This document shows positions 37,946 to 49,845 of a stretch of 64,000 nucleotides of DNA, one piece after another; position 1 is the first letter of the stretch, and every line of letters starts with the position of its first letter. The notes under the pieces are model-generated. The model did no database searches. It saw nothing but the letters and a program-made list of their open reading frames with translations, and was not told where the DNA came from. Source of the DNA: Catajapyx aquilonaris. Lineage: Eukaryota. The DNA lies in NCBI GenBank assembly GCA_000934665.2, contig KZ538389.1, forward strand, positions 1 through 64,000, written 5' to 3'. The position numbers and the translations under genes were made by a program.

Positions 37946-40900
37946 CTAGAGGGTGGCCAACTTGGAGGATGTTTTTTATTGGCTACGGCCGTCACGTGGG
38001 TTATGGACGCCATGTTTTGTCGTCTCGGACCGCGGGAATAGGCGGCCTTATGAATATTTTCCCCAGTAGCAGTTCTCATATTGCCATTTTGAAATCATAT
38101 GTAGCGCAATTTTACAGCCCGAACTCTTACTGCTTGATGTAAATTCATGGCTGACGGTTTTTGGGCCGGAATATGCAAAACAAGGCCAATATTTTATCAT
38201 TGCTGTATATTTCAATGGTAAACTGCACGATAATAATGCCAAGTATATGTTTTGAAATGTCTCCCATTTTACACAGTGAAACCTGTGTGTAGCGGAATTG
38301 CGCGGGACCTTAAGACTTTCCGTAATGGACAAGTAGCTTCCGCTATATGTAGTATGACATGTAGACTACTGTATACAGTGGAATGTGTATATCGGAATTG
38401 CACGAGACCCTAAAATTTTCCGTAATGGACAAGTTTCTACTATATTAGACATACAGACTGTACAGTGAAACCTGTCCATAACGGGCCCTCTGTATACCGG
38501 AAAACTGTCTATTGCAGAATTATTCTGGGATCGGGCGTATGTATGCATAGGACATGAATTCAGTGTCTAATACAGTAAAACATGTGCATAGCGGAATCGC
38601 ACGGGACCTCAAAATTTTCCGTAATGAACACGTTTACCCTATATACTATATTCGACGCGGAATTTGTCCTATGCATACGCCCGTTCCCGCAATAGACAGG
38701 TTTCCGCTATACAAAGGGTCCGTTATACACAGGTTTCACTACAGTCTACCTAAGGTCCGACATGCGTACAAATTTTACAGTACATATCTAATATAGCGGA
38801 AACTTGTCCATTACGGAGAATTTTAGGGTCCTGTGGCTATGCACAGGTTTCACTCTATTAGAACGGAATTCATGTCCTATGCATATCATATACTATAGCC
38901 TACCCCCGTTCCCAGAAAAATCCTGCAATAGACAGTTTTCCGGTATACAAAGGGCCCGTTATGGACAGGTTTCACTGTACAGTCTGCATGTCTAATATGG
39001 TAGAAACTTGTCCATTACGGAAAATTTTAGGGTCTCGTGCAATTCCGATATACACATTTCACTGTACGCGTATACAGTATACAGTATAGCAAGAGCTAAT
39101 ACAGTAGTCTACATGTCATACTACATATAGCGGAAACTACTTGTCCATTACGGAAAATCTTAAGGTCCCGCGCAATTCCGCTACACACAGGTTTCACTGT
39201 GTAAAATGGGAGACATTTCAAAACATATGCTTGGCATTATTATCGTGCAGTTTACCAAATACAGCAATGATAAAATATTGGCCTTGCTTTGCATATTCCG
39301 GCCCAAAAACCGTCAGCCATGAATTTACATCAAGCAGTAAGAGTTCCGGCTGTAAAACTGCACCACATATGATTTCAAAATGGCAATTTGAGAAGTGCTA
39401 CTGGGGAAAACATTATATGGTTTCACCATAAGGCCGCCTATTCCCGCGCTCCGAGACGACAAAACATGGCGGCCAAAACGAAGTTGGCCACCCTCTAGGT
39501 ATGAAGGCCCACTACCCAGCACCTCGCCTGCGCGCCATCGTGCGGGAGGGCCGGGAAGCTCAGAGCATGCGCCGTTCTGTTCATCGCNACTCAGCAGCCG
39601 CTACAGCTATTGCGCTATTCTGCGACTCGGTATCACTGCATTTTCGCTCTAAAATGACGCGTGACTGACAATACTTCCTGCAGGCTTGCTGCAGGGTACT
39701 GTACGGTACTAAATAAAATCCTGTATAAAAATAAGGAGGAACGGAGTGAAAAAAAAGACACAGAAGAAAAGACGACGAAAAAAAGAGTGAGGGGAAAAAA
39801 GGAAGCCTCACCCGGACGCGAACCTGCAGCCTTCTGATTTATAGGCCAGCGCGCTAACCATTACGCTACGGCAGCCATCGCTGAGATTGCTCCTTCCGAT
39901 GGGGATTCTTATACTGCGCAGAGGTCAGGACGCCGTTAAATGACTAATGACGTGGAGGGGGCGAGCGTGTTGATATTTTCAGTGCTGGAATATTAATTTT
40001 CACTACTTGATGTGATGTGGGCAGGGGGTAGGGGTACGATGTACTAACCCAACCCAACCTAACCTAACCTTCACTCGTTGTGGATACAGCCCTATCTTCA
40101 GCGGATACAGCCCTACGGACGGATGTGACTACATCCGTATATGATAGCAGGATAGCGATAGCGGAATCGCAGGAGCTGCTACGGAGTAGCAGTTATCCGA
40201 TGGAGTGATCGGATCGGCGATGAACAGAACGGCGCATGCGCTGCGCTTCCCGGCCCTCCCGCACGATGGCGCGCAGGCGAGGTGCTGGGTAGTGGGCCTT
40301 CATACCTAGAGGGTGGCCAACTTCGTTTTGGCCGCCATGTTTTGTCGTCTCGGAGCGCGGGAATAGGCGGCCTTATGGTGAAACCATATAATGTTTTCCG
40401 CAGTAGCACTTCTGAAATTGCCATTTTGAAATCATATGTGGTGCAGTTTTACAGCCCGAACTCTTACTGCTTGATGTAAATTCATGGTGACGGTTTTTGG
40501 GCCGGAATATGCAAAACAAGGCCAATATTTTATCATTGCTGTATTTGGTAAACTGTACGATAATAATGCCAAGCATATGTTTTGAAATGTCTCCCATTTT
40601 ACACAGTGAAACCTGTGTGTAGCGGAATTGCGCGGGACCTTAAGATTTTCCGTAATGGACAAGTATTTTCCGCTATATTATGTAGTATGACATGTAGACT
40701 ACTGTATACTGTATACAGTGAAATGTGTATATCGGAATTGCACGAGACCCTAAAATTTTCCGTAATGGACAAGTTTCTACCATATGAGACATGCAGACTG
40801 TACAGGGAGACCTGTCCATAACGGAACCTTTGTATACCGGAAAACTGTCTATTGCAGGATTTTTCTGGGAACGGGGGTAGGCTATAGTATATGATATGCA

Positions 40901-41698
40901 TAGGACATGAATTCCGTGTCTAATAGAGTGAAACCTGTGCGTAGCTAAATTGCACAGGACCCTAAAATTCTCCGTAATGGACAAGTTTCCGCTATATTAG
41001 ATATGTACTGTACATACACGAGTATATCGTACTGTAAAATTTGTACTCATGTCGGACAGGTAGACTGTAGTGAAACCTGTCTATAACGGACCCTTTGTAT
41101 AGCGGGAACCTGTTTATTGCGGGAACGGGCGTATGCATAGGACATAAATTCCGCGTCGAATATAGTATATAGGGTAAACGTGTTCATTACGGAAAATTTT
41201 GAGGTCCCGTGCGATTCCGCTATGCACATGTTTTACTGTATTAGACACTGAATTCATGTCCTATGCATACATACGCCCGATCCCAGAATAATTCTGCAAT
41301 AGAGAGTTTTCCGGTATACAAAGGTTCCGTTATGGACAGGTACAGTACACACAGGTTTCACTGTGTAAAATGGGAGACATTTCAAAACATATGCTTGGCA
41401 TTATTATCGTGCAGTTTACCAAAATATGCAGCAATGATAAAATATTGGCCTTGTTTTGCATATTCCGGTCCAAAAACCGCCAGCCACGAATTTACATCAA
41501 TCAGTGAGAGTTCTGGCTGTAAAATTGCGCTACATATGATTTCAAAATGGCAATATGAGAACTGCTACTGGGGAAAACCCGGGGAAAACATTCATAAGGC
41601 CGCCTATTCCCGCGGTCCGAGACGACAAAACATGGCGTCCATAACCCACGTGATGGCCGTAGCCAATAAAAAACATCCTCCAAGTTGGCCACCCTCTA
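37946..41698. repeat. Palindrome of palindromes: unit A (37946-39587) and inverted copy A' (40217-41698)
   Basis: Four recognisable copies of the same arm in alternating orientation; the ORF track repeats MSITENLKVPRNSATHRF on both strands. Confidence 0.9.
39805..39876 (-). pseudogene. Degenerate tRNA-like / Pol III promoter segment
   Basis: Reverse complement has A box TAGCGTAATGG, imperfect B box GGTTCGCGTCC and a downstream T6 run. Acceptor stem and anticodon loop are non-canonical. Confidence 0.55.
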
Positions 41699-43172
41699 GG
41701 TATGAAGGCCCACTAGTGCTGGGTAATGCTCCCTGGCAGGGTCCCCTACATGGTTGCCTCCCCCACCCTAACCAGGGTATTGTCTCCACGTAGTCCTTAT
41801 GGGGCGTCCATATTGGATCTAGATTGCATGCTGGAGGATAGGAAATTGGCAAGCGTCCAATTTTTTTTTTCAAGGACATTTTTTTCACTGCATGCAGATC
41901 CAATCTGATTTAGGTCCCAATATGTCGGAGAGACAATACCCTCTCTAGGTGGGGGAGGCACTCATGGAGGTTACCCTGCTCCCTGGGGTCCTTGGGTCCT
42001 AGCCAGCCCACGGACACTTATAATACGTTCTGGCGTCATCACCTGCCGAGGCATTTTGCAGCGGGTGCTCACCTGAGACCGCCATGAGACATTTCGGAGG
42101 CCAGGATCAGTGGCGACCCTACCGGATTAGGCTGAACTTTATAGGTACGAAAGGGGAGGGCTACATGATGGCCCAACATGGCCGCCGAATGTAGCCCTCC
42201 CCTTTCGTACCTATAAAGTTCAGCCTAATCCGGTAGGGTCGCCACTTATCCTGGCCTCCTAAATGTCTCCTGGCGGTCTCAGGTGAGCACCCGCTGCAAA
42301 ACTCCTCGGCAGGGGGTGGGTGGGAGTGACCAGACCTTACTTACGAGATGACCGTGGTCCTAGCCACGGCTGTAGAAGACAGGTTAGGTCACTCCCCACC
42401 CACCCCCTGCCGAAGGATTACGCACCGACTGCTCACTTGAGACCTCCACGAGACATTTCCCAGAGCATTTATGTGGCGACCCTACCGGACTAAGGCTGAA
42501 CTTTATAGGTACGAAAGGAAAGGGCTTGTGGGGTCCAACATGGCCGCCGGCGGCCATGTTGGGCCAGCATGTAGCGCTTCCCTCTAGTACCTATAAAGTT
42601 CAGCCTTAGTCCGGTAGGGTCGCCACATAAATGCTCTGGGAAATGTCTCGTGGAGGTCTCACGTGAGCAGTCGGTGCGTAATCCCTCGGCAGGTGATAAG
42701 CCCAGAAGATAGGGGTAGTGTCCGTGGGCTGGTCCTAGCTGTGTAGAGACGTTTTTCTGCAAACCCCCTGCCCCTCCAGTCTCGGCGACACCTCCCCCCG
42801 GCCACCTGGCGGCTGCCTGAGGAAGTTGGATACCCGTCACCAGCAGCGCGAGTTTGAAATGCAGTTCGGGGTCGGATATTGCTGGCTGCTGCCAATGCAT
42901 ATGTTGTCACCGAGGTATTACTTTCCGGACCTCGCCTTTGCTTGGCCCCTAATTGTTTACCGGTGGCCTACATCTGTTGCTCCCGTATACACCAATTTAG
43001 TCGCAGTAGTGCTTCATATTGGAATTAAGTCATTGAAACAGAACCATTAGCAAAATGTTCGGTCCAAACACATTTTAGCTGCTATTCTCAAACTGATGTG
43101 CACTGGGGAAAAGGGGTGCATCAGGAGATATGTCAAACATAGTCATTGGGCTCGATGGCTGAGGAAACATTA

Positions 43173-43611
43173 GGGGTCGTCCATATACCACGTGACCGTT
43201 TTGTGGGGAGGGGGGGGGGGGTCTGCTGATATACCACGGTTGGTCACTGGGGGNNNNNNNNNNNNNNNNNNNNNNNNNNNNNNNNNNNNNNNNNNNNNNN
43301 NNNNNNNNNNNNNNNNNNNNNNNNNNNNNNNNNNNNNNNNNNNNNNNNNNNNNNNNNNNNNNNNNNNNNNNNNNNNNNNNNNNNNNNNNNNNNNNNNNNN
43401 NNNNNNNNNNNNNNNNNNNNNNNNNNNNNNNNNNNNNNNNNNNNNNNNNNNNNNNNNNNNNNNNNNNNNNNNNNNNNNNNNNNNNNNNNNNNNNNNNNNN
43501 NNNNNNNNNNNNNNNNNNNNNNNNNNNNNNNNNNNNNNNNNNNNNNNNNNNNNNNNNNNCGACCCCCCCCCCCCGACCCCCCGTCACCAACCGTGGTATT
43601 TGCACGACCCC
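43173..43611. mobile_element. PIF/Harbinger-like MITE spanning an assembly gap (N run 43254-43559)
   Basis: TIRs GGGGTCGTCCATATACCACG / CGTGGTATTTGCACGACCCC, flanks TTA / TTT. Confidence 0.65.
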
Positions 43612-43743
43612 TTTATACCTGTGCATCAGTATTGGACACATCAACAACAGTGGATGTTCCGGTGCTGGTTTCCATGTCTGATGTGCACTGGGGGAGGGGG
43701 GTGCAATAAAATATACGCACATTGACGCTGTGCCACATTATTC

Positions 43744-44029
43744 CTATCTCCAGGGCTCCAGTGTTGGAACAGCATTAGGCTTTAGTTTCCGCCTCTTCTG
43801 TTCCGGTCTGTAGGGAAATAGCGACTGCCTGTGAAAGTGATCCATGCACACCTGATGACCTGACACGGGTGTATACGTTGGTGGCAAATTCAAGGCTTCT
43901 CGCCATTGCCGCATCAAATCCTGACGTTCGCAAGGAAATACGAAATACGTCACTCGCTCCAACCGTTTCCTATGGCGCTTACAAATAAACTACACAGAAC
44001 GGGACACCACCCTTGCCTTTCTTGCCCAT
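43744..44029 (-). pseudogene. THAP zinc-finger domain coding sequence with one frameshift
   Basis: MGKKGKGGVPFCVVY-[frameshift]-CKRHRKRLERVTYFVFP...RQWREAL...VCMDHF...RKLKPNAVPTL: the C2CH residues, conserved P, W and F and the AVPT box are all present. Confidence 0.85.
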
Positions 44030-45125
44030 GATGCTACTTGCGTCCAAGCCCGCCTCGATATGCCGGACTGGAAGGCCAGAAATGATAATCCCCCCTGCCG
44101 AAGTGCTAAACATACACATGTGTCGCCTTCCAGTCGTTCCCTCCGGGCGTTTAGTCATGGGGATCTGATGCGGGAGCAACAGATGTAGTCCACCCGTAAA
44201 CAATCAGGGACCTCGGTGACAACATAATTATGCATTGGCAGCATCCAGTAATATCCGACCCCGAACTGCATTTCAAACTCGCGCTGCTGGTGACGGGTAT
44301 CCAACTTCCTCAGGCAGCCGCCAGGTGGCCGGTATCCAACTTCGCCCGGTGGCCGCGGGTGAGGTGGGCGTCTCCACGGTCGATCAGAAGTCGAATTTAT
44401 TCCGACTTTCGTATCTGAGTCCCCTGTCATTACCGATCGCCTCAGAGATAAACAGATCGCATTCTCGCTCGGAATGAGGATTTTCTGCCTGATTTTTAGA
44501 GGCCAACTTGTATTTTGAGTGGAGTGTCCCTTTAAACCTAGTTCTTCATGTGTCAAGAGGACCATGGACGATGCTGAGGCTAAGATTGTGTGTTTGGATA
44601 GGTGTAAATGGCATAGGTTGATTAATGGGGGTGAGAAATGGAGGAGGAGCGAGGTACACAGGAGATGACAGGAGCATTCATGCAGACAATTACACACACC
44701 AGGCAGCCACAGGATGGACAGGCGGGGAGAGCCCCAACACTTGGTACGCCGCAGAGTAGGGCCTGCATGCCTTAACTTAGGGTGGGAGTGCAATCGACTG
44801 GGCGGCCAGGGTGTCAGAGTGGCCAGAGAGGATCCTGCTGGCCGGCACATGGTGCTCGGGGTACCTGCCACCCTGTCCGTCATCTGAGATGGGCAATTGG
44901 GCAGGGTTGGGGGGTGGGACAGGTTGCTTATAGTTTTATTTTTACAAGTTTATGCGGGGTTAACTTGCGTCTCCCTTCATCGCTGACTACCCATTATAGG
45001 GAAATGTCGTGTTGTTGTTGTTGTTGTACATCAACAGGAAACCAAAATCTCACTATCTATCCTACTTCTTCCATCTTATGGTGAATTCTATTGGCTCAAT
45101 AATCATGTTTTGCTTGATCATCTAG

Positions 45126-45300
45126 GTTGGAGCTTTACCGCAAGGTTCCAAACCTGCGAGTGCTGGCCTGTGGAGGTGATGGTACAGTTGGCTGGGTCTT
45201 GTCAGTATTAGACCAGATTGGAATCACTCCTCCTCCAGCAGTAGGAGTATTGCCACTTGGTACTGGAAATGACCTGGCCAGGTCCCTTGGATGGGGTGGG
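45126..45300 (+). CDS. rdgA: DGK exon, ATP-binding GGDG motif
   Basis: tctag|G...GGG|gtgagt; [29 protein letters not shown]...[17 protein letters not shown]. Confidence 0.96.
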
Positions 45301-46239
45301 GTGAGTTGGAGTACCCTGGAAGAAGTTGATTCAACTGTGGCACAGTTTGACTGTCCCGCAGTGGTGTTTGGGATAGATGGGGTTGTGTTTGCTCTCTTTT
45401 AGATAATAATCCAATATGAAAAACAGCTTCACATTATTTACTCTAATTTTTAACTGTATTGCATAATTTAGTTGACTAATTCCCTGCTCACACCAAAAAC
45501 TATTCTCCATAGATCTTTCAAGTTTGCCTTTCATTGGGAGGTGCTTATGAGAATCAAAATTTCTCAATATCCTATGATATAAATGCTATGTGCTTAGTGT
45601 TATGGGCAGGTTACATGTTACAGCAGTTCAAATGATAACACAGTGACTTGTTTCTAGTCTGTGCATCATTTTTACAGGGTTTGTCAAAACTATTTTCACA
45701 AACTCTGCAGGCATGTACTACAGTAACTACACCATACAACCTGATACAACTAACAAAGAAGTCCTAATACATGTGTGTTGTGCAGTACCAGTAACCCATA
45801 TTGTACTTGTAGTTGCCTTATACACACTATAATTCTACAAGAAACAGGAGCACTGGTAGTGATGTTGAACAATGGTACCTCACAAGAATGTGTGAAACAT
45901 ATTTAACTTCAGAGAGCATAGCAAAATAGCCTACTGATTCACTCCTACCTTCCTGCCTGGTTTGTGAAGGCAGTGCATGCATTATGTTCATTGCACTACT
46001 GATTTCTAACAGCTCGAAAAATGAACATTCGCAGGACTTAGGTGATGGCAACTACAAGGCTTGTGTTTCGGAAACATTGTTTCTGGACTCATGTATATTG
46101 GGATTAATTTTTCTAGTTCTGAGATGTAGAATGAACCTGCAAATTAGTACAATAGATTTGAGAACACCAGCATGTGCCCCCAGCTATTAATATTGTTCTG
46201 AGAGTTCCTGAACATTTTCCTATAAATACAGTATCTCAA

Positions 46240-47031
46240 AAGGGAACTTCACGAATGTGTAGATGGGTTTGCTGAATGAAACTTAGCACAATAATAGAGG
46301 CAGGCAAGTCATTCACCAAAATGCAAACCTTGACCTTGTAGCGCTCAGCTGAAACTGCTGAGCACTACCAGGTCAAAATTTATGACCTCTCGAAGTCATC
46401 CCAGACAGCTTACCTTACAAGTGAAGTTTCAGATATTGCGCTTAAAAAAGCATACATTTTATTACATCATTGGAAAGGGATAATTACTCTGATCAGCAGA
46501 GCTCTAAATTGCAACAGTGCACGGGTTTGGGCAGTCCACTGAGGGAGGCAGATACGAAAGACCACATTCCTCATCTACCCGCCTGGGGCTTATAGCGGGT
46601 AGGGAAGTGGACCTTCTAAAATAATCCGGGAACTTTTTAATTCATACCAGGCATATCACAAACAGGCCCACAGAAACCTATGTGTATGTAAAGAAAAATT
46701 TGTCATCATGTTAGAGCTACTTGTCACATACTTGCACAAATTGCGTATGAAAATATAGGTTTTCGACACCTTAGAATTCATATTTGCTTATTTTGTTTTG
46801 AACACTTAATTTAAAACATGCATAAATGCTAATTTGCAATGCTTCTTTTCATCTGCCAGTGCTTGAACCTTCCCACTTAGGCCACTGTCTGGGATGGCTT
46901 CGAGAGGTCATAACTTTTGACCTTGTATTGCTCAGCCAAAATGGTTTGCATTTCGGTGAATGACTTACCTGCCTATATTATTGTGCCAAGTTTCATTCAG
47001 CAAATCCATCTATAATGCGTGAAGTTCCCTT
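46240..47031. mobile_element. Foldback MITE, AGGGAAC family, copy 2
   Basis: AAGGGAACTTCACG ... CGTGAAGTTCCCTT; shares gctgaatgaaactt(a/g)gcacaataat with the element at 10366. Confidence 0.82.
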
Positions 47032-47523
47032 GTTAGATCCACTAAAATGAAAGGAAATTATTCTTCACTATCATGTTTCTCAACATGAATAGAAATGCAG
47101 GCAAGTCAATTTGGGTGTGTGATTGCCTCAACTCTGTATTCAGATAATGGGCCCCATTATCTGCAATTTCAGTTACAGTTATTTGTGGTTTGAAAGTATT
47201 AAGTAAAGATTAAATAAAATTATTCAATTTTTAAAATCTGTCATGTATTTTTTTTTACAGTACACTAATGTCTTGTTATAACAATCTTCTTTTATTGTTA
47301 GTTGTTTTTGTTGAAGTCTTAATATGGATAATTCGTAAATTAAACTATCATAGGTACCAGTATGTCCACTTCACTCCTGATTATTTGTGATAATTAATGC
47401 ATGGGTGTGCCTGGATAATAAAAAAATATTGATAATCCTTAAGTGGTCCTAGATATATAAAGATTAACTATTCAAAGGTTTAAAATTAACTACTCTTCTG
47501 TATATAGTGTATGCTGCTTTATG

Positions 47524-48289
47524 CAAGGTGACTCGAAAGTCTGGATACATCGCTACAGTAAAACTTCTATAAGTCTAATCTCCATGGGACCGGGGAAAAC
47601 TTCGAGTTATAGAAGATTCGAGTTAGAGAAGTTTAGAATTTTTAAAGCACATAACTCTATAAGGAAGCCTACCTTTATATCCAGCTACGAAAGGTTTTCA
47701 AAACTTAAAAATAACTCACTATCACACTACAAACTACAATATTCCTCATTGTTTTGTTGTTAAAAAAAACTATGATATTAATCAAACCCAGATGAGAATG
47801 TCTGGGCCCATGGGACCCGTTGTGGATGGCGTGAGTCATTACTGGTAGATGAAGATCAGGAAATTGAGCCTTTATATACATGTGGCCTACTCTCGACCCT
47901 TTGGCTGGGCAATTAGAAAATTTTCCGTACTCACCAACATGATCTTGGACTTACAGAGACTGAAAATGTATCAATATCCCATCATAAGGCCCTGCCTGCA
48001 CTTCGAGTTATAGAAATTCGAGTTCGGGAATTTTATTTCCTATTATTTTACATTGTTACCAACCAAGCTCATCATTTTCTTCGACTTATAGAGAACTTCG
48101 ACTTAGGGAAGTTCGACATGGAAGTTTTACTGTAATTTGATTGTATTGTTGATTTCCAGTTGTGCCAACTAGCAGGTTGTTAACACTCAATACAGGATGA
48201 GTTGGCACAGCTGGCACTTGAAGTTGGTGCAACTGAAAACCAACAATTCAATCCAATTACCTATGTATCCTGACTTTAGAGTCACCCTG
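47524..48289. mobile_element. Tc1/mariner-type MITE hosting a nested element
   Basis: CAAGGTGACTCGAAAGTCTGGATACAT ... ATGTATCCTGACTTTAGAGTCACCCTG. Confidence 0.75.
47556..48132. mobile_element. pogo/Tigger-like MITE nested in the previous element
   Basis: TA-CAGTAAAACTTC ... GAAGTTTTACTG-TA with repeated ttcgagtta / ttcgactta motifs. Confidence 0.78.
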
Positions 48290-48803
48290 CATAAGGTTCA
48301 ATCAAAATAATTAGCATGACATCTGGAAAAAGCTTATTATATTTATTTGTTTGCAAGGCATATCATTGACATTCTTTCAGACTTTCATTTCTTTTTTCTC
48401 TGACGCACGGATAATCGGCAGTAAGGATAATCCTCACCTGGATACTCAGGAGTCCAGTGTATATTTTATCACAATGCAGTATGTACTGTAATAAATATAC
48501 AATTTGGATTTTTAAAATTAAATTATTACAGTTTATATCTATTTAATTTTTCATACTACAGATAATGAACCCATGGGGGGGGGGGGGGGNGGGGGGGCAT
48601 TGTATTTGACAAGACAATAAGTCATTTAAATTAACATGACCTTCGTCAATAATTAGTCAATCTTTAAGTCTGTCATGTAAGTTGAATATTTCAGATTTCA
48701 TTTGAACAGCTGTCATAATTTACAAGAATTTTCTTGTCACCTAAGCTAGAGTAGGTGAGGCTCATCAACATACCACACTTGAACTTCTTATTGACTTCAC
48801 CAG

Positions 48804-49014
48804 GGCTACACAGATGAGCCAGTGTCCAAAATCCTGAGCAACACTGAGGCTGGAGACATTGTCGAGCTAGATCGGTGGGAGCTGAAGGTGGAGAGCAACC
48901 CAGATGCAGATCCCAATGAGGAAGGAAAGGATTGCCTCCCACTCAATGTTGTCAACAATTACTTTTCCCTTGGGGTTGATGCTCACATTGCACTCGAGTT
49001 TCATGAAGCAAGAG
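48804..49014 (+). CDS. rdgA: DGK exon, catalytic/accessory junction
   Basis: accag|GGC...AGAG|gtttgt; [11 protein letters not shown]...LDRW...[22 protein letters not shown]. Confidence 0.95.
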
Positions 49015-49349
49015 GTTTGTAGCAACAACACACTTTTTAAATGTGAGGACAGAGAGTGACATTCTGCCTGGTTATTATTATAGGGTTAGGGAAGGTGTTA
49101 AATCCTATTTGTTTGGTGATGTTAGTTGACAGGGATGTTTCAGAAGCATGTAATGGGGCACTTGGGTAGATACGGAAAAAAAAAACTTCGAGCAAATTTC
49201 CTATAACTAAAGTGACCTGCATACTTGGAACACCCTATGTAAAGTGTAATCATGTTGTAGGTAATCATAATTTTGATTGACCTAAGTGGGGAAGAACATG
49301 GCATTTGGTAACTTCTGACACGTATCTAGCCAAAAAATTTGGTAACTTC

Positions 49350-49688
49350 TGTCATACCCACAACAATGGGTATGACCCAACTAGCTCAGTTTGGGGAACG
49401 CAGGTTCGGATGGGAAAGACACCAGATTGGAGTTCAAACCAGATATATTTCCTTAGACTGAACCTTACAAATGCCCAAGAGCGAGAGAGAGGCACCAAGC
49501 AGCACCCCTGCTTTTATAATGTTGCATCCCCCCCCCCCCCCCCCCCCCCNNCCCCCCCCCCCCCACAATGACGTCAGGACTGAAGGGGGGAGGAGAGTGG
49601 GAGCATGAGTTGGGGGTACAAACTGGGCACGTGCCTCACAGGGCGGGAAGGGGTTGGAAATAACATGTCAGGGACAAGGTTCCTGACA
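49350..49688 (-). mobile_element. Solo LTR (Gypsy-like, 4-bp TSD)
   Basis: TGTCA...TGACA termini, CTTC duplicated on both sides, TATAAAA followed by a CT-rich tract on the minus strand. Confidence 0.72.
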
Positions 49689-49845
49689 CTTCTAACACGT
49701 ATCTAGGCAAAATAATTCCTGCGGCACCCCTCATAGTTGATCTCAGTCATAGATCAGGCTGCTGCCTGGTGTAGTTCAGTCATGTTTGTGAAGTACTCTA
49801 AACAATGTGACACATGAGCTTACAAGCAAAAAAATGCTCAATATA

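Larger units (their letters stand above)
36819..44531. mobile_element. Kolobok-like non-autonomous DNA transposon, 7.7 kb, multi-palindromic interior
   Basis: TTAA-AGGGACACTCCACTCAAAATAC ... GTATTTTGAGTGGAGTGTCCCT-TTAA: roughly 100-bp TIRs, AG...CT termini, exact TTAA TSD, THAP remnant inside. Confidence 0.85.

Noticed and set aside
38048..41793. Repeated ORFs (MSITEN..., MHTYARSQ...) on both strands as a gene family
   Set aside because: They arise from the inverted repeat arms and have no recognisable domain.
43075..43725. 215-aa and 177-aa ORFs
   Set aside because: Inflated by the 306-base N gap and a MITE.
36815..44535. piggyBac assignment based on the TTAA TSD
   Set aside because: Termini are AG...CT rather than CC...GG, and the THAP cargo favours Kolobok.
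44155..44883. 242-aa minus-strand ORF
   Set aside because: Crosses the transposon TIR/host boundary and has no domain-like content.
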